Shown piece after piece: positions 14,001 through 24,200 of a DNA stretch of 64,000 nucleotides. Under the pieces are notes generated by a model. That model was not told the origin of the DNA and searched no databases. It saw only the letters and a program-made list of their open reading frames with translations. A program made the position numbers and the translations under genes. How positions within the stretch are numbered: the first letter of the stretch is position 1; each line of letters opens with the position of its first letter. The stretch comes from Macrostomum lignano (lineage: Eukaryota): NCBI GenBank assembly GCA_002269645.1, contig NIVC01001661.1, forward strand, positions 124,001 to 188,000, in the 5' to 3' direction.

Positions 14001-15918
14001 TACTGTAACATATACTGTGTAAGGATTACTGTAACAGGCAGTGTGAACAGTTACTGTAACATATACTGTGTAAGGATTACTGTAACAGGCAGTGTGAACA
14101 GTTACTGTAACATATACTGTGTAAGGATTACTGTAACAGGCAGTGTGAACAGTTACTGTAACATATACTGTGTAAGGATTACTGTAACAGGCAGTGTGAA
14201 CAGTTACTGTAACATATACTGTGTAAGGATTACTGTAACAGGCAGTGTGAACAGTTACTGTAACATGTACTGTGTAAGGATTACTGTAACAAGCAGTGTG
14301 AACAGTTACTGTAACATGTACTGTGTAAGGATTACTGTAACAGGCAGTGTGAACAGTTACTGTAACATGTACTGTGTAAGGATTACTGTAACAAGCAGTG
14401 TGAACAGTTACTGTAACATGTACTGTGTAAGGATTACTGTAACAGGCAGTGTGAACAGTTACTGTAACATGTACTGTGTAAGGATTACTGTAACAGGCAG
14501 TGTGAACAGTTACTGTAACATGTACTGTGTAAGGATTACTGTAACAGGCAGTGTGAACAGTTACTGTAACATGTACTGTGTAAGGATTACTGTATCAGTC
14601 ACTGTAACATGCAGTGTGTAACAGGCTCCCTGCAAACGCCCACCGCAGGCTGGGTCCCGGTCGAGTCACAGACTTTGTCAGCGCGCTGAAGAAGCTCCAC
14701 CTGGACTTCAAATGGCCCCTGCCCATCCGGCCAACGGCGGCTAACAGCAGCGGCGGCAACAACGGCAGCGGCGGAGCGGAGATCAGCGAGGCGTCGCACC
14801 TGATGCTGCCGGCCCACCCGGAACCGCCCTCTGTCGCCAGTCCGTCCCAGCCGCCGCTAGCAGCACCGCTGGCCCGTCGCCCGCAGCAGCAGCAGCAACA
14901 GCAGCACCAGCCAGACAAGCAGGTGTTTCTAAAGCCTCGCTTCGTCCCCGCCGACGACACTCCATCGACGGCGGCAACTGCCGTCGGCGGCGACCTGAGC
15001 AGCGACGGTCGCAATTCGGCCACTCAGTCCACGGCGGAGAGCCTGGCCGAGGAGCAGCTGGACCAGCTCACCGCCGAGCTGGCCAACACTGGCCCGCCCG
15101 GCATGGCCGCTAGACTTCGCTGGCTGTTGAAGGTGTTCAACGAAGCCTGCTGTCTAGACTGGGCCCTCCTAGTCGCTGCCGTACTGCGCGACACCGCCGC
15201 AGCCGAGGCCGCTTTATCATCGCCGACCGATTCGGTCACGGCCGAGCGACTTCGCGAAGGCCTTCTGCTGCTGACGCTCTGGTCCGAGTCCGAGTGCCCC
15301 GGCTATCGGGGCTTCTTTGCCGACCTGCGCGCCCGCCAGCAGCTCATGCTGGTGCGTCGCCGACTGAAAAGCGACTCGTCAGCCGGCGGACGGACTGGAA
15401 AACCGGGCGACGATGCCTCTGCGGCGACAGCGGCAGCAGCAACACCTGCGGCATCTGCAGCTGCTCCAGCTTCATCGTCAACAGCTGCAACAATGATTGA
15501 CTATTCGATCAACCGGAGCTCGTCAGCCGGCGCCCTAATGCGTCGGAAACACACGTCGTCTGGTGGCGGCGACGATGTCAAACAGCAACAGCAGCAGCAA
15601 CAACAGCAGCAAACATCCCTAACCAATGGCTCCTTAGCTTCCGCCGCAGCAGCCGCCGTTTCCGCCCCAACGTCGCCAGTGCTCAGCGATACCCCGGCAA
15701 CCCCGGCTGCAGCTGCTGTTGGAGCGCCAACGCCTTTGCCGCCGTCAGGTTGTCGACAGCATCAGCAATTCGACTTTCCCGCCGCTGGTGCAGCCGATCT
15801 GGCTGGCAAGCAGCAGCAGTCACTGCCGGACTCGGACAGTCCGGACCAGCCAGAGTCTGCACTGGTAAATCCGGTTGAGCCAACGTCGCAGTCGGAAGGA
15901 GCTTGCGCGATTTCTTAG
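2023..15918 (+). CDS. RIC1: RIC1 (RAB6A-GEF complex partner; WD40 N-terminus plus RIC1 domain), 14 exons, 1610 aa
   Basis: Exons 2023-2095, 2184-2269, 2891-2998, 3096-3175, 4247-4670, 5626-6252, 6685-6888, 7257-7916, 9397-9499, 9595-9743, 9833-9879, 10366-10965, 13587-13988, 14649-15918. All junctions are GT-AG and phase-compatible; total 4833 nt. Starts MYFLSGWP as in known RIC1 proteins. Motifs [54 protein letters not shown] and ARCARKTE. Confidence 0.95.
2405..2870 (+). repeat. 21-bp minisatellite, RIC1 intron 2
   Basis: Unit CTGTACTGATTCATCTTGTTC. Confidence 0.95.
3295..4200 (+). repeat. 22-bp minisatellite, RIC1 intron 4
   Basis: Unit CTATCCGCCCCCGATCCTCCGG, with shorter variants. Confidence 0.95.
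4725..5425 (+). repeat. 20-bp minisatellite, RIC1 intron 5
   Basis: Unit AGACACATGAAGATACTGGC. Confidence 0.95.
6925..7215 (+). repeat. Degenerate tandem repeat, RIC1 intron 7
   Basis: Recurring GATGAGAGATTCCTCTTTTTAAAGCTGAGAAATACC. Confidence 0.8.
8000..9280 (+). repeat. 22-bp minisatellite, RIC1 intron 8
   Basis: Unit CCTAATCCCCTATTGATCCTGT. Confidence 0.95.
9920..10280 (+). repeat. ~55-bp tandem repeat, RIC1 intron 11
   Basis: Recurring TCTACCTGTCTGCATCTCACCATCTACTGTCTAAATCTCACTG. Confidence 0.85.
10985..11555 (+). repeat. 34-bp minisatellite, RIC1 intron 12
   Basis: Unit GTGATTCTGTGGAGTGACTGGCGGAGTGATCTAG. Confidence 0.95.
12560..13521 (-). mobile_element. Non-autonomous mariner (Tc1/mariner, D,D34D type, irritans/Hsmar2-like TIR) in RIC1 intron 12
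   Basis: 27-bp perfect TIR CGAGGGTCATCCCAAAAGTTTCAGCAA at both ends. TA target duplications at 12558-59 and 13522-23. Transposase remnant 13323->12632 has an HTH N-terminus, HDNA and YSPDLSPCD, but also a stop at codon 9, a frameshift before PRSGRP and an internal deletion. Length 962 bp. Confidence 0.93.
13995..14610 (+). repeat. 51-bp minisatellite filling RIC1 intron 13
   Basis: Unit TTACTGTAACATATACTGTGTAAGGATTACTGTAACAGGCAGTGTGAACAG. Confidence 0.95.
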
Positions 15919-16292
15919 AAATCATATCTGGTTTTTATTTGTATGTTGGTACAGTACGTGTATCTTGTATTTGAATGCTTTCATCCACTGTACATGTTTG
16001 GTGCGTGCGATTGGGTTTTTATTTATTAATTACTAAATTAGATCAATTCACCAAACTGGATCTGCTATCCGGTGTAAATGTGATTAGATTGACTCGCTAG
16101 ATATGATCAGATCTAGTAAAGGAGACGACTAGATCTAGATATGATTACATCTAGTAGAATAGAGTTTATCTACTAGATTAGATTAGATGTAGTAGATGAG
16201 ATTAGATCTGAATGAGATTAGATCTAGTAGATTTGATTAGACCTACAAGAAATGATTAGACTTCAATTCTAATTTCAAGATCTTTTCATTAT

Positions 16293-16298
16293 AATAAA
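16293..16298 (+). terminator. Candidate polyadenylation signal of RIC1
   Basis: AATAAA about 375 nt after the RIC1 stop; motif evidence only. Confidence 0.35.
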
Positions 16299-17611
16299 TT
16301 ACAGTTTTTCGCCATTCTATGGTATAGTACACCGATATGTAGTTAACAATACTCGTCTGTAACATTCTGTGTTGCCTTCTCAATCACCTCTCTCAAACTA
16401 CGCTTAGGAAGGTTCAATGCACGATGTGTTTGCCATCATTACTATTTCTAGTAGTGTAACAGAGTCTTCCTTATAATTAATGCCACTAATTTTAGTGCTT
16501 ATCTCAAGACATTAATGTCAGGCAGGCACTACTTCAGTTAAGTAGTAGCGAATAGCGAGTAGTGACGCAATCATCGGTGTCTAACAAAATATTTTTTATC
16601 CAAAAATTGCCAACCTTGCTTTGCTGTCAAGTCCTGCGACCTCTCTCTATTGTTAGATTTATTAGTGTACATTTGGTTATTCTGTCTCATTTTGATTGAA
16701 CTGTATTGGCAAATAATACTCTTAAAACTCGATAATTCGGCAATAAATTCCACATATATTTTATTTATTTATTTATTTCCAATCGTTAACTGCGTCGCCA
16801 TGGTTACGTGGCTGGCGCGCCCGCCCTCCCCAACCCATTGTGTTTCCTCCTTCTGATTTGAATTGCAATGTTGGTCTGTGATCCGTAGCTTAATAAAGAT
16901 TGCATATACTACTGTTACTACTGTTAATGATAAATTAATAGCAGAATTACATTCAGTGTGAGGAAAAAAATTACTTTTTTTGTTTATCCGCACGACACGG
17001 CATCAAAATGTCGGATCATTTTGGCTTGCATGCGTTCTTTGTGTTTTAACTTTATTGTCCTTGAAATTGTTATTGTTATTAAGATTGCAAAAATTATATC
17101 AATTCATATTATTGGGTCTGGCTCTTATCTGTGGTGTCGCGTTTTACTTTTTTCATTTCATTGTTCATTAGTAGGGATTGTTCTAGTGCCTAGATTTACT
17201 GCATTGGATAGTATAGCTTTTTGCAAGCCATTTGATACTACGAGCAAGCAGTTTAATAATCAGTGGGGAAAGCCAGTGCTAAATGATAGATTTCTCAGTA
17301 CTCTATGGTCCAAACCATTGGCTTTGGGGCCACCAATTTAATAATCCGAGCACCCATTTAGTCATTAAGAATTGTGTTGCATTTAAACACTGTATTTGGG
17401 GAGACAAAGCAATTCTCAAGCAGCTTGAGAAAGAAAACGGAACACAACTGAACCAACAACTGATAGGGCAGAAAATTAGCAAAAGCGGGGTCGGTGAAAT
17501 GAAGCGCCTTGTCGACGCCTTTGGATTTTTGACCGAGTTGAGCAGCTCCTCGATGAACACCTGGAATAGGACGGCAGTCAGTGTCTGGCTCACGATCTTA
17601 TTGGGATCTTA

Positions 17612-18270
17612 TTGACCCATGCTCAAATCCTCATTGACCCATGCTCAAATCCTCATTGACCCATGCTCAAATCCTCATTGACCCATGCTCAAATCCCAGG
17701 GGGGGGGGCGTAGCCCAGCGGTCTAGCGCAGGCTCTGGTGTGCCAGCGATCCAGGCTCGATTCCAAGTGCAGTCAAATTAATTTGGGGCTGAATTGGAAT
17801 CTCGGCTTGGCTCTGCTCGTGCAATTAACGGCCTTGAGAGCCAACCCCCCAAGGCGCAGTGAAGTGTACATGCCTAACGATAATATAAAGTTAGGGCCGC
17901 TGTACACTCCTGTGTGAGTGTGTGCCTGCGTACGTATCCGCGCGCTTGTGTGCCTGCTCAGGGGAGTCGGCGGAATGGGCAGCAATGCCTCTCGCCGGTT
18001 GTGTGCCTATGTCGCTTAAAGTGCGCCAGGGTGCACACAACCCCCCTGCCTCTAAAAAAATGCTCAAATCCCATTGACCCATACTCTAATTCCATTGACC
18101 CATACTCGAATTGACCCATGCTCGAATCCTCGACCCATGCTCGAATCCTCATTGACCCATGCTCGAATCCTCGACCCATGCTCGGATCCTCATTGACCCC
18201 ATGCTTGAGTTTCCTTTGACCCATACTGAAATCTCCCTAGACCCATACTCAAACCGACTGACCCATGCAG
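17612..18270 (+). repeat. ~22-bp minisatellite interrupted by SINE copy 1
   Basis: Unit GACCCATGCTCAAATCCTCATT on both sides of the SINE. Confidence 0.9.
17699..18060 (+). mobile_element. tRNA-derived SINE, family A, copy 1 (full length)
   Basis: A box TAGCCCAGCGG and B-box-like GGCTCGATTCC. Ends TCTAAAAAAA and is flanked by the direct repeat TGCTCAAATCCCA (17686-98 and 18061-73). Three further copies occur in the window. Confidence 0.8.
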
Positions 18271-18359
18271 AAATCAGAGCAGATATGAGAAACATTCATA
18301 GCAACAGTTCAGACCGCAATCAATAAAGCAGGAACCCATTCCTTACAGCTCGGCTAGCA

Positions 18360-18980
18360 ATGCGCCTGCAAAAGTGCTGGTTCTGCTCCAGCAACATCTA
18401 CCCGGGCCACGGCATCTGTTTTGTCCGCAACGACTCCACCGAGTTCCGCTTCTGCCGCTCCAAATGTCACAAAGCGTTTAAAAAGAAGCGCAATCCCAGG
18501 AAGACTCGCTGGACTAAAGCGTACAGAATGGCTAGGAACAAAGACCTCAGCCAGGATCTCAGCTTGACATTTGAGGCTCGCCGATCAACTCTGCCAAAGT
18601 ACAACCGCGAGGCGCTGACCCAGACAGTCGAAGCGATGCGCAAAATTGTGCAAGTGCGCCAGAAGCGACAGGCGTCTCATATTCTCAAGCGCCTGGCTAA
18701 GGGCACCGAGATGCGCCGACTGGCCGACGTGCGGTCGGTGGAGCAGGAGCTGCATCTTGTCCAGGCTCCGCACGCCACCAGGAAGATCTACGATCCCGAC
18801 ACCAAGCGGCTGGTGGCCGGAGCCGACGCCGCCGCCGCCGCGGCTAAACAGCAACGGCTGGACAAGCGGGCGACGGCGAAGGCTGCCGCCGAGGCCAGGG
18901 CCAAGCGAGCCAAACTGCGGGCCAAGACCAACGCGGCTCTGACGCTGGATGCCGAGGCGATGGAAACCGAGGACGCTTGA
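18360..18980 (+). CDS. RSL24D1: Ribosome biogenesis protein RLP24 (L24e family), intronless CDS, 206 aa
   Basis: MRLQKCWFCSSNIYPGHG...FRFCRSKCHKAFKKKRNPRKTRWTKAYR: the L24e zinc-binding pattern with the RLP24-type N-terminus and a long basic C-terminal helix. Confidence 0.95.
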   Translation: MRLQKCWFCSSNIYPGHGICFVRNDSTEFRFCRSKCHKAFKKKRNPRKTRWTKAYRMARNKDLSQDLSLTFEARRSTLPKYNREALTQTVEAMRKIVQVRQKRQASHILKRLAKGTEMRRLADVRSVEQELHLVQAPHATRKIYDPDTKRLVAGADAAAAAAKQQRLDKRATAKAAAEARAKRAKLRAKTNAALTLDAEAMETEDA

Positions 18981-19034
18981 CTGACTGGGCCGGGTTGATC
19001 CCTGATCCTCCCTGCGCTGTCTCATGTCCTTATC

Positions 19035-19380
19035 TTCTTTGGCTCAAGCTTGAAATTCTCTTTTACCCAAGCTGAAATCCTTTTGACCCAAGCTGAAATC
19101 CCCTTTCGACCCAAGCTGAAATCCCCCTTTGACCCTAGCTTAACTCCCCTTTTGGCCTAAGCTGAAATTCCCCTTTGACCCAAGCTTCAAATCCTGTGAC
19201 CCTAGCTTAACTCCCCTATTGGCCTAAGCTGAAATCCACCTTTGACCCAAGCTGAAATCCCCTTTGACCCAAGCTGAAATCCCCCTTTGACCCAAGCTGA
19301 AATCCACCTATTGACCAAAGCTTAAATCTTCTTTGACCCAAACTTAAGTCCCATTGATCCCAAGGTTAAACCCTGTTGAC
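19035..19380 (+). repeat. ~23-bp minisatellite downstream of RSL24D1
   Basis: Unit GACCCAAGCTGAAATCCCCCTTT, related to the 17612 array. Confidence 0.9.
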
Positions 19381-19744
19381 CCGAGTTTGAATTACCTTGA
19401 CTGATTTTTCCCAATTTGAACGCATTGAGGATCAGAACGAGCGATAGCCCTCGCACTCGAACCTTGAGCTGTATTTATTACTATTGCCGATTTATTCTAA
19501 TCTGTTTGCAAAGTTGCGCAACTGATATGAAGACAAACAAATAAATTTGATTTCGGCTCGCTTTGCCCACGTGTGTTGCTGACAGCCTACTCTGATGCCA
19601 TGCAATGCTGAGTAATGAAAATTGTTATCTTCTTGTCGCTAGCTCTGCTTTTATTTTGTCATTATATTTCTAGGGTATTGACTAGAGGCTTAGGTGAAGT
19701 TCAAGACATCCCTTCATTTAAAGTAAATCCAAGATCAACCTCCC

Positions 19745-20030
19745 CAAAATCGCATTTGACATCGGCCCTATCTTAAAAAATCGCCTTTGACATCGGCCCT
19801 ATCCTTAAAAATCGCCTTTGACATCGGCCCTATCCTTAAAAATCGCCTTTGACATAGGCCCTATCCTTAAAAATCGCCTTTGACATCGGCCCTATCCTTA
19901 AAAATCGCCTTTGACATCGGCCCTATCTTTAAAAATCGCCTTTGACATCGGCCCTATCCTTAAAAATCGCATTTGACATCGGCCCTATCTTTAAAAATCG
20001 CATTTGAAATCGGCTCTATCCTTAAAAATG
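19745..20030 (+). repeat. 31-bp minisatellite
   Basis: Unit AAAAATCGCCTTTGACATCGGCCCTATCCTT. Confidence 0.92.
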
Positions 20031-20704
20031 GCTTTTGAGATTACCCTCTGTAAATTTAAGATACGAGCGTAAAGGATGAAAAATGAGAGCTCTCGAAATA
20101 TGAAATTGATTTTTGAGCTTCTGGTTAAATGTTGAAAAAATCTTGCTGCATGAATCTGGGCCAGCCAGATATTAGAACAATTTTATAAGTGAAAGAGGCA
20201 AAATTATATTTTAAATACAGAAGCTACGGCAATAGTATAGAAAAGTATATATTTGCTTGCATTTAATTATGAACTTTTGAATAAATCTGTAGCGAGGTTA
20301 AAGCAAGTGAATTAATTGATAAATAACTAAACCTATTAATGCTTTAGTTGAGAAGTAAAACAGTACAGAAATGATGGAATATTCGGCAAACTCTAGACAT
20401 TTTCACGCGTACAGTGCAGTTCAAATATTAGACGAATAAACGGTTGTCAATAATTTCAACACAGTGATGACCAACTGCAGGGCTTCATTTAAGGACTGAA
20501 GTGAAAAATATTTGACTGGTATAGATAAAAAAACGTTCTAAAAAACAACAATAAGCAAGTAACAAAATCATAGCCTAGTTTTCAACTTAGCACGTGGTTG
20601 CTAATAGTGTAGCTACCAACTGCATCTGACTCAAAGATTTATGACAAGTATAAACAGAAGAATTCCAGAACAAATAGCTGCAAACGCAGGGCTGCACCCA
20701 AAGA

Positions 20705-21057
20705 ATTATTAGGATGTGTGCACCCTGGCACATTTTAAGCGACATTGTCACACAACCGGCGAGAGGCATTACTGCCCATTCCGCCGACTCGCCTGAGCAG
20801 GCACACAAGCGCGGTTACGTACGCAGTCATACGCACAGGCACAAACTCACACAGGAGAGTACAGCGGCCCTAACTTTATTTTATCGTTAGGCATGTACAC
20901 TTCACTGTGCCCTGGGGGTTGGCCCTCAAGGCCGTTAATTGCACAAGGAGAGCCAAGCCGAGATTCCAATTCAGCCCCAAATTAATGTGACTGCACTTGG
21001 AATCGAGCCTGGGCCGCTGGCACATCAGAGCGCCGCGCTAGAGCATTGGGCTACGGC
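20705..21057 (-). mobile_element. tRNA-derived SINE, family A, copy 2
   Basis: Reverse complement is near-identical to 17705-18045 over about 350 bp. Confidence 0.8.
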
Positions 21058-21211
21058 CACCTTGCTTGAAAGGGAGAACAAAAAAGTTCAGGGGCCTTTG
21101 TCATAAAAAAGCCGGACGATGGCTTAGTAATTCAACGGATACTTCGAAATTACGGAGTAAGGTAGGTTGCCGTTTAACTTAAAGTAATTCATGCAGTTTT
21201 GCTGAGTGATT

Positions 21212-24200
21212 TTAATTGGCTGGATTGAGATCGATTTTTCTAACAGTCTCTGCATTCGTTCCATCGGGTTGTTTCAAATTCACCAAGTCTTTGAAGCACT
21301 GCGCCAGCAGCTCACGCAAATGGAAACGACCGGTCCTCTGTTTCTGAGGCTGCTGAAAGCTGTACATGCCAAATTGGAGATCAAAGTAAATGTGCCCAGG
21401 AATGAAACAGTCCTCGGATGATTCGAAAGCAAGTTCTTCTTCCAATTTCATCAGAAAGCGCATCTTGTCTTCTCTGCAGCCGCAAGTCAGATACTTTAAG
21501 TCACTTCTCTTCCAAAGTTGTCCGTCTGACTGCCGGCAGAAGTCTCCTTCGCAGTTGTATAGCACAGCCAAAATGTGACCATTTCCTTCTGCTAAATGTT
21601 TCTTGGCCATCTCGTACAGTCTCTTTGGGTTACAACGGGCTTCGTCGATCCTGGAGATGCGCAGAAGATCAGCGTCCCTGTTGTGATAAGACTTCACTGA
21701 CACCTGCCTGTTTTCGGTTTGGCCAACTAGTGAGAAGTCAATCGACTCACGAGATGCTTCATAGAATTCATAATTACTGTTCATGCAGCACATCTTAATA
21801 AGGCAGATATATTCACTAAAATGCGTTGGCGGCTTCACTTCTTCCCCTACATTCTTTTTTAGCCTCATAAATTCGATGATACAGGGATACTCAAAGTAAT
21901 CCCATCTGTCCGCAAGCTTTTTGAATAAACCCGAGCAGTCGCACATTGCCAAGTATTGTATGGCAATCACAACTCTTTTTTTATTATAATCTTCCGGGAA
22001 TTGAAGCAGAATCTTGTTTTCCGTACCCTCTAAAATTAGCTCCCAAACGTAGCTTCCAGAAGACGTTCTCGCGGCCGATCTTGCGGCCGATCTTTTGTTT
22101 GCCCTAACTGACCAGCTCAGAACTCTCGGGCGTTGAATGTCGCTGTTTAAATTTACCTTCAGAGGCTCCGTTGGACAACAAATTCGATTTAGCAGCTCGA
22201 ACAGTTTCCTAAAGTATGCACCCGAGTCGGCTGATTCTGTTGGATTTTCAGTATCGCAAAAATTGTAGCACAAAACGGCTAGAAGTGCCAGTCGCATTCT
22301 CAACTTATGAAGCTCAGCTGGTGTTAAATCGTCCCGACGGATAATTTCTCTGCTAATGTTGCTGAAGGCCCATTCGACAATTGCATCACCTATGCGCCGG
22401 TTCATCTGAAATGCATAGCGTTTGAATTATCTATGAATGTATTTCAAATTTACATGAATTTAGTATGTAGACTAGCAATCTTCGCCCCCCGTTGGGTAGG
22501 CAAGACATTTAACTTTTGACCTTGTATTACGGTCACTATTGGTAGTTTATTAAGGAAAATGATGCTTAAAATATAAATCATCGGCCTTGAAAGCCAGCTG
22601 TCTAGCCTATGTTATCAGCATCCCCTTTGAACCAATTGGCATTAAAGCCTGCTTTAAGCTGTGGCTTAACCCCAACGCTTACTATTCCTTTGATGCTTGG
22701 CCTACTAACAACTCCCAATTGACCCTTGGCATCTCAGCGACCCCCATTATTTTTGGCAACTCAGCAGTTCCCCAAGTATCGTATGGCTGAACCATACGCC
22801 TTACCCCAACTCTGCAGAGCGAAATAGGTAGATCGAAAGACAGATACGTAGGCATGTAGCTTATTAATTAACTTACGCTTGGTTTAAAGAAAGTCCTCCG
22901 TTAGAACGATTTTGTTGCAGCCCCAACTCAATATCAGAGCTTGAGCTACAAACAGTTTCTGATTCACACTCAGAAAGTCGGCCGTTGGAACAAGGCTGTT
23001 CCTCTAACTCAGTAGCAGAACTTGAGCTACAAATAGTTTCTGATTCGCATTTTGGAGCCACCGGATTATCCACTGACCGCGGTAGGCTTTTACAGTCGCT
23101 GTCATTTAACTGAGTCTCCAATTCCAGGGGTGTCTGACCGTCAATATTTTTACATTCCTTGAGAATTCCGTCCACTGCTAAAAGTATCGAAATTAAGCTT
23201 CTGTTGTTGGATTTCACAGCCAGATGAAGCGCTGAATTACGATCAGCGTCCAACTGATTGACATCTGCTCCGTTGTCCAGCAGGATCCGCGCGCACTTCA
23301 CGTGGTCGTCAGTTCCATAGCCGTAGTAGTCGCTGGAAGCTGCGGCGGCCGCGCACAGCAGAGGCGTGCGGTCTCGAAGACCGAGGCAATGCTCGTTAAC
23401 AAAGCATCTGGTTCCATCCTCGGAAAGTAGTTCGGCTAGCTTTTCAAATTCACCAGAACTGGCAATTTCGCAGATTTGAAGCAATTTTGGCTAAGATGGA
23501 AGGGTGGTTGGTGTTCAGTTATGGATAGCTTTAATATTACGCGTAAAATGTACATATTTATACTATTGCACAAATCGGAATGTATGCCTTACGTGCTCAG
23601 CCATTCTAACAATTGGGAGCCTGCAATGAATATTTTCAGGGCGGCCGTTACTTTCGAATCTTAATCGTAGTATAAAGTTTTAGAGTAGAAAACCATTTTC
23701 CAAGAATATTTACCACAAAACATTTCCAGAGTTCGACAGCTCCACCAATGTCTTTTGGAAGTACTTCGAGCGATGCTGTAGATTTAAACCGTAGTCCACT
23801 ACAACCTTTGGCACTTCCTCGTTGTAATTTTGTCGGGCTATGATCACGGCGTTGACTTTGTCTTCGTCGTAGACCTCTGCAGCTTCACTTGTCATGAAGG
23901 TTCTGCGCATGGCGCTTAGCAGGAACGAAGCCGCTCTGGAACAATTCAGCTTGGCGGCGTACATCAGCGGAGTCCATTTCTGCTTGTCCTTTCTACAAAC
24001 GTGCATCAAATCTGAGCACTTCTCCAGAAGCAGGTTTACCAGGCTGTGGTTCATGGACATGACTGCTAGATGTAGAGGCAGACGTTCTTCCGTGTCAGGA
24101 ATTTCGGTGTTCGCCTCCCCATCAAGCAGCATTCTGGCACATTTTGTGTGCTGCTGACCTCCAGCTGAGCAGCCCTTGACTGAGGCGGCTGAGATGCAAT

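Noticed and set aside
17705-17775. tRNA genes at SINE heads (also 57750-57820)
   Set aside because: A and B boxes are present, but acceptor and anticodon stems do not pair, and each continues into a repeated SINE body.
18585-19025. Antisense ORFs over GC-rich exons (also 47855-48643, 44764-45081, 10675-10884, 14595-15023)
   Set aside because: Shadow frames of real CDSs with no recognisable motifs.
20464-20499. C/D snoRNA (GTGATGA ... CTGA)
   Set aside because: The boxes are only about 35 nt apart and there is no terminal stem.
21640-22405. RNase III-like (RRIGDAIVEW) or KEN/RNase L-like (YHNRDADLLR) motifs in the ankyrin gene's C-terminal domain
   Set aside because: Key catalytic residues and second motifs are missing; too weak to call without a profile or structure search.
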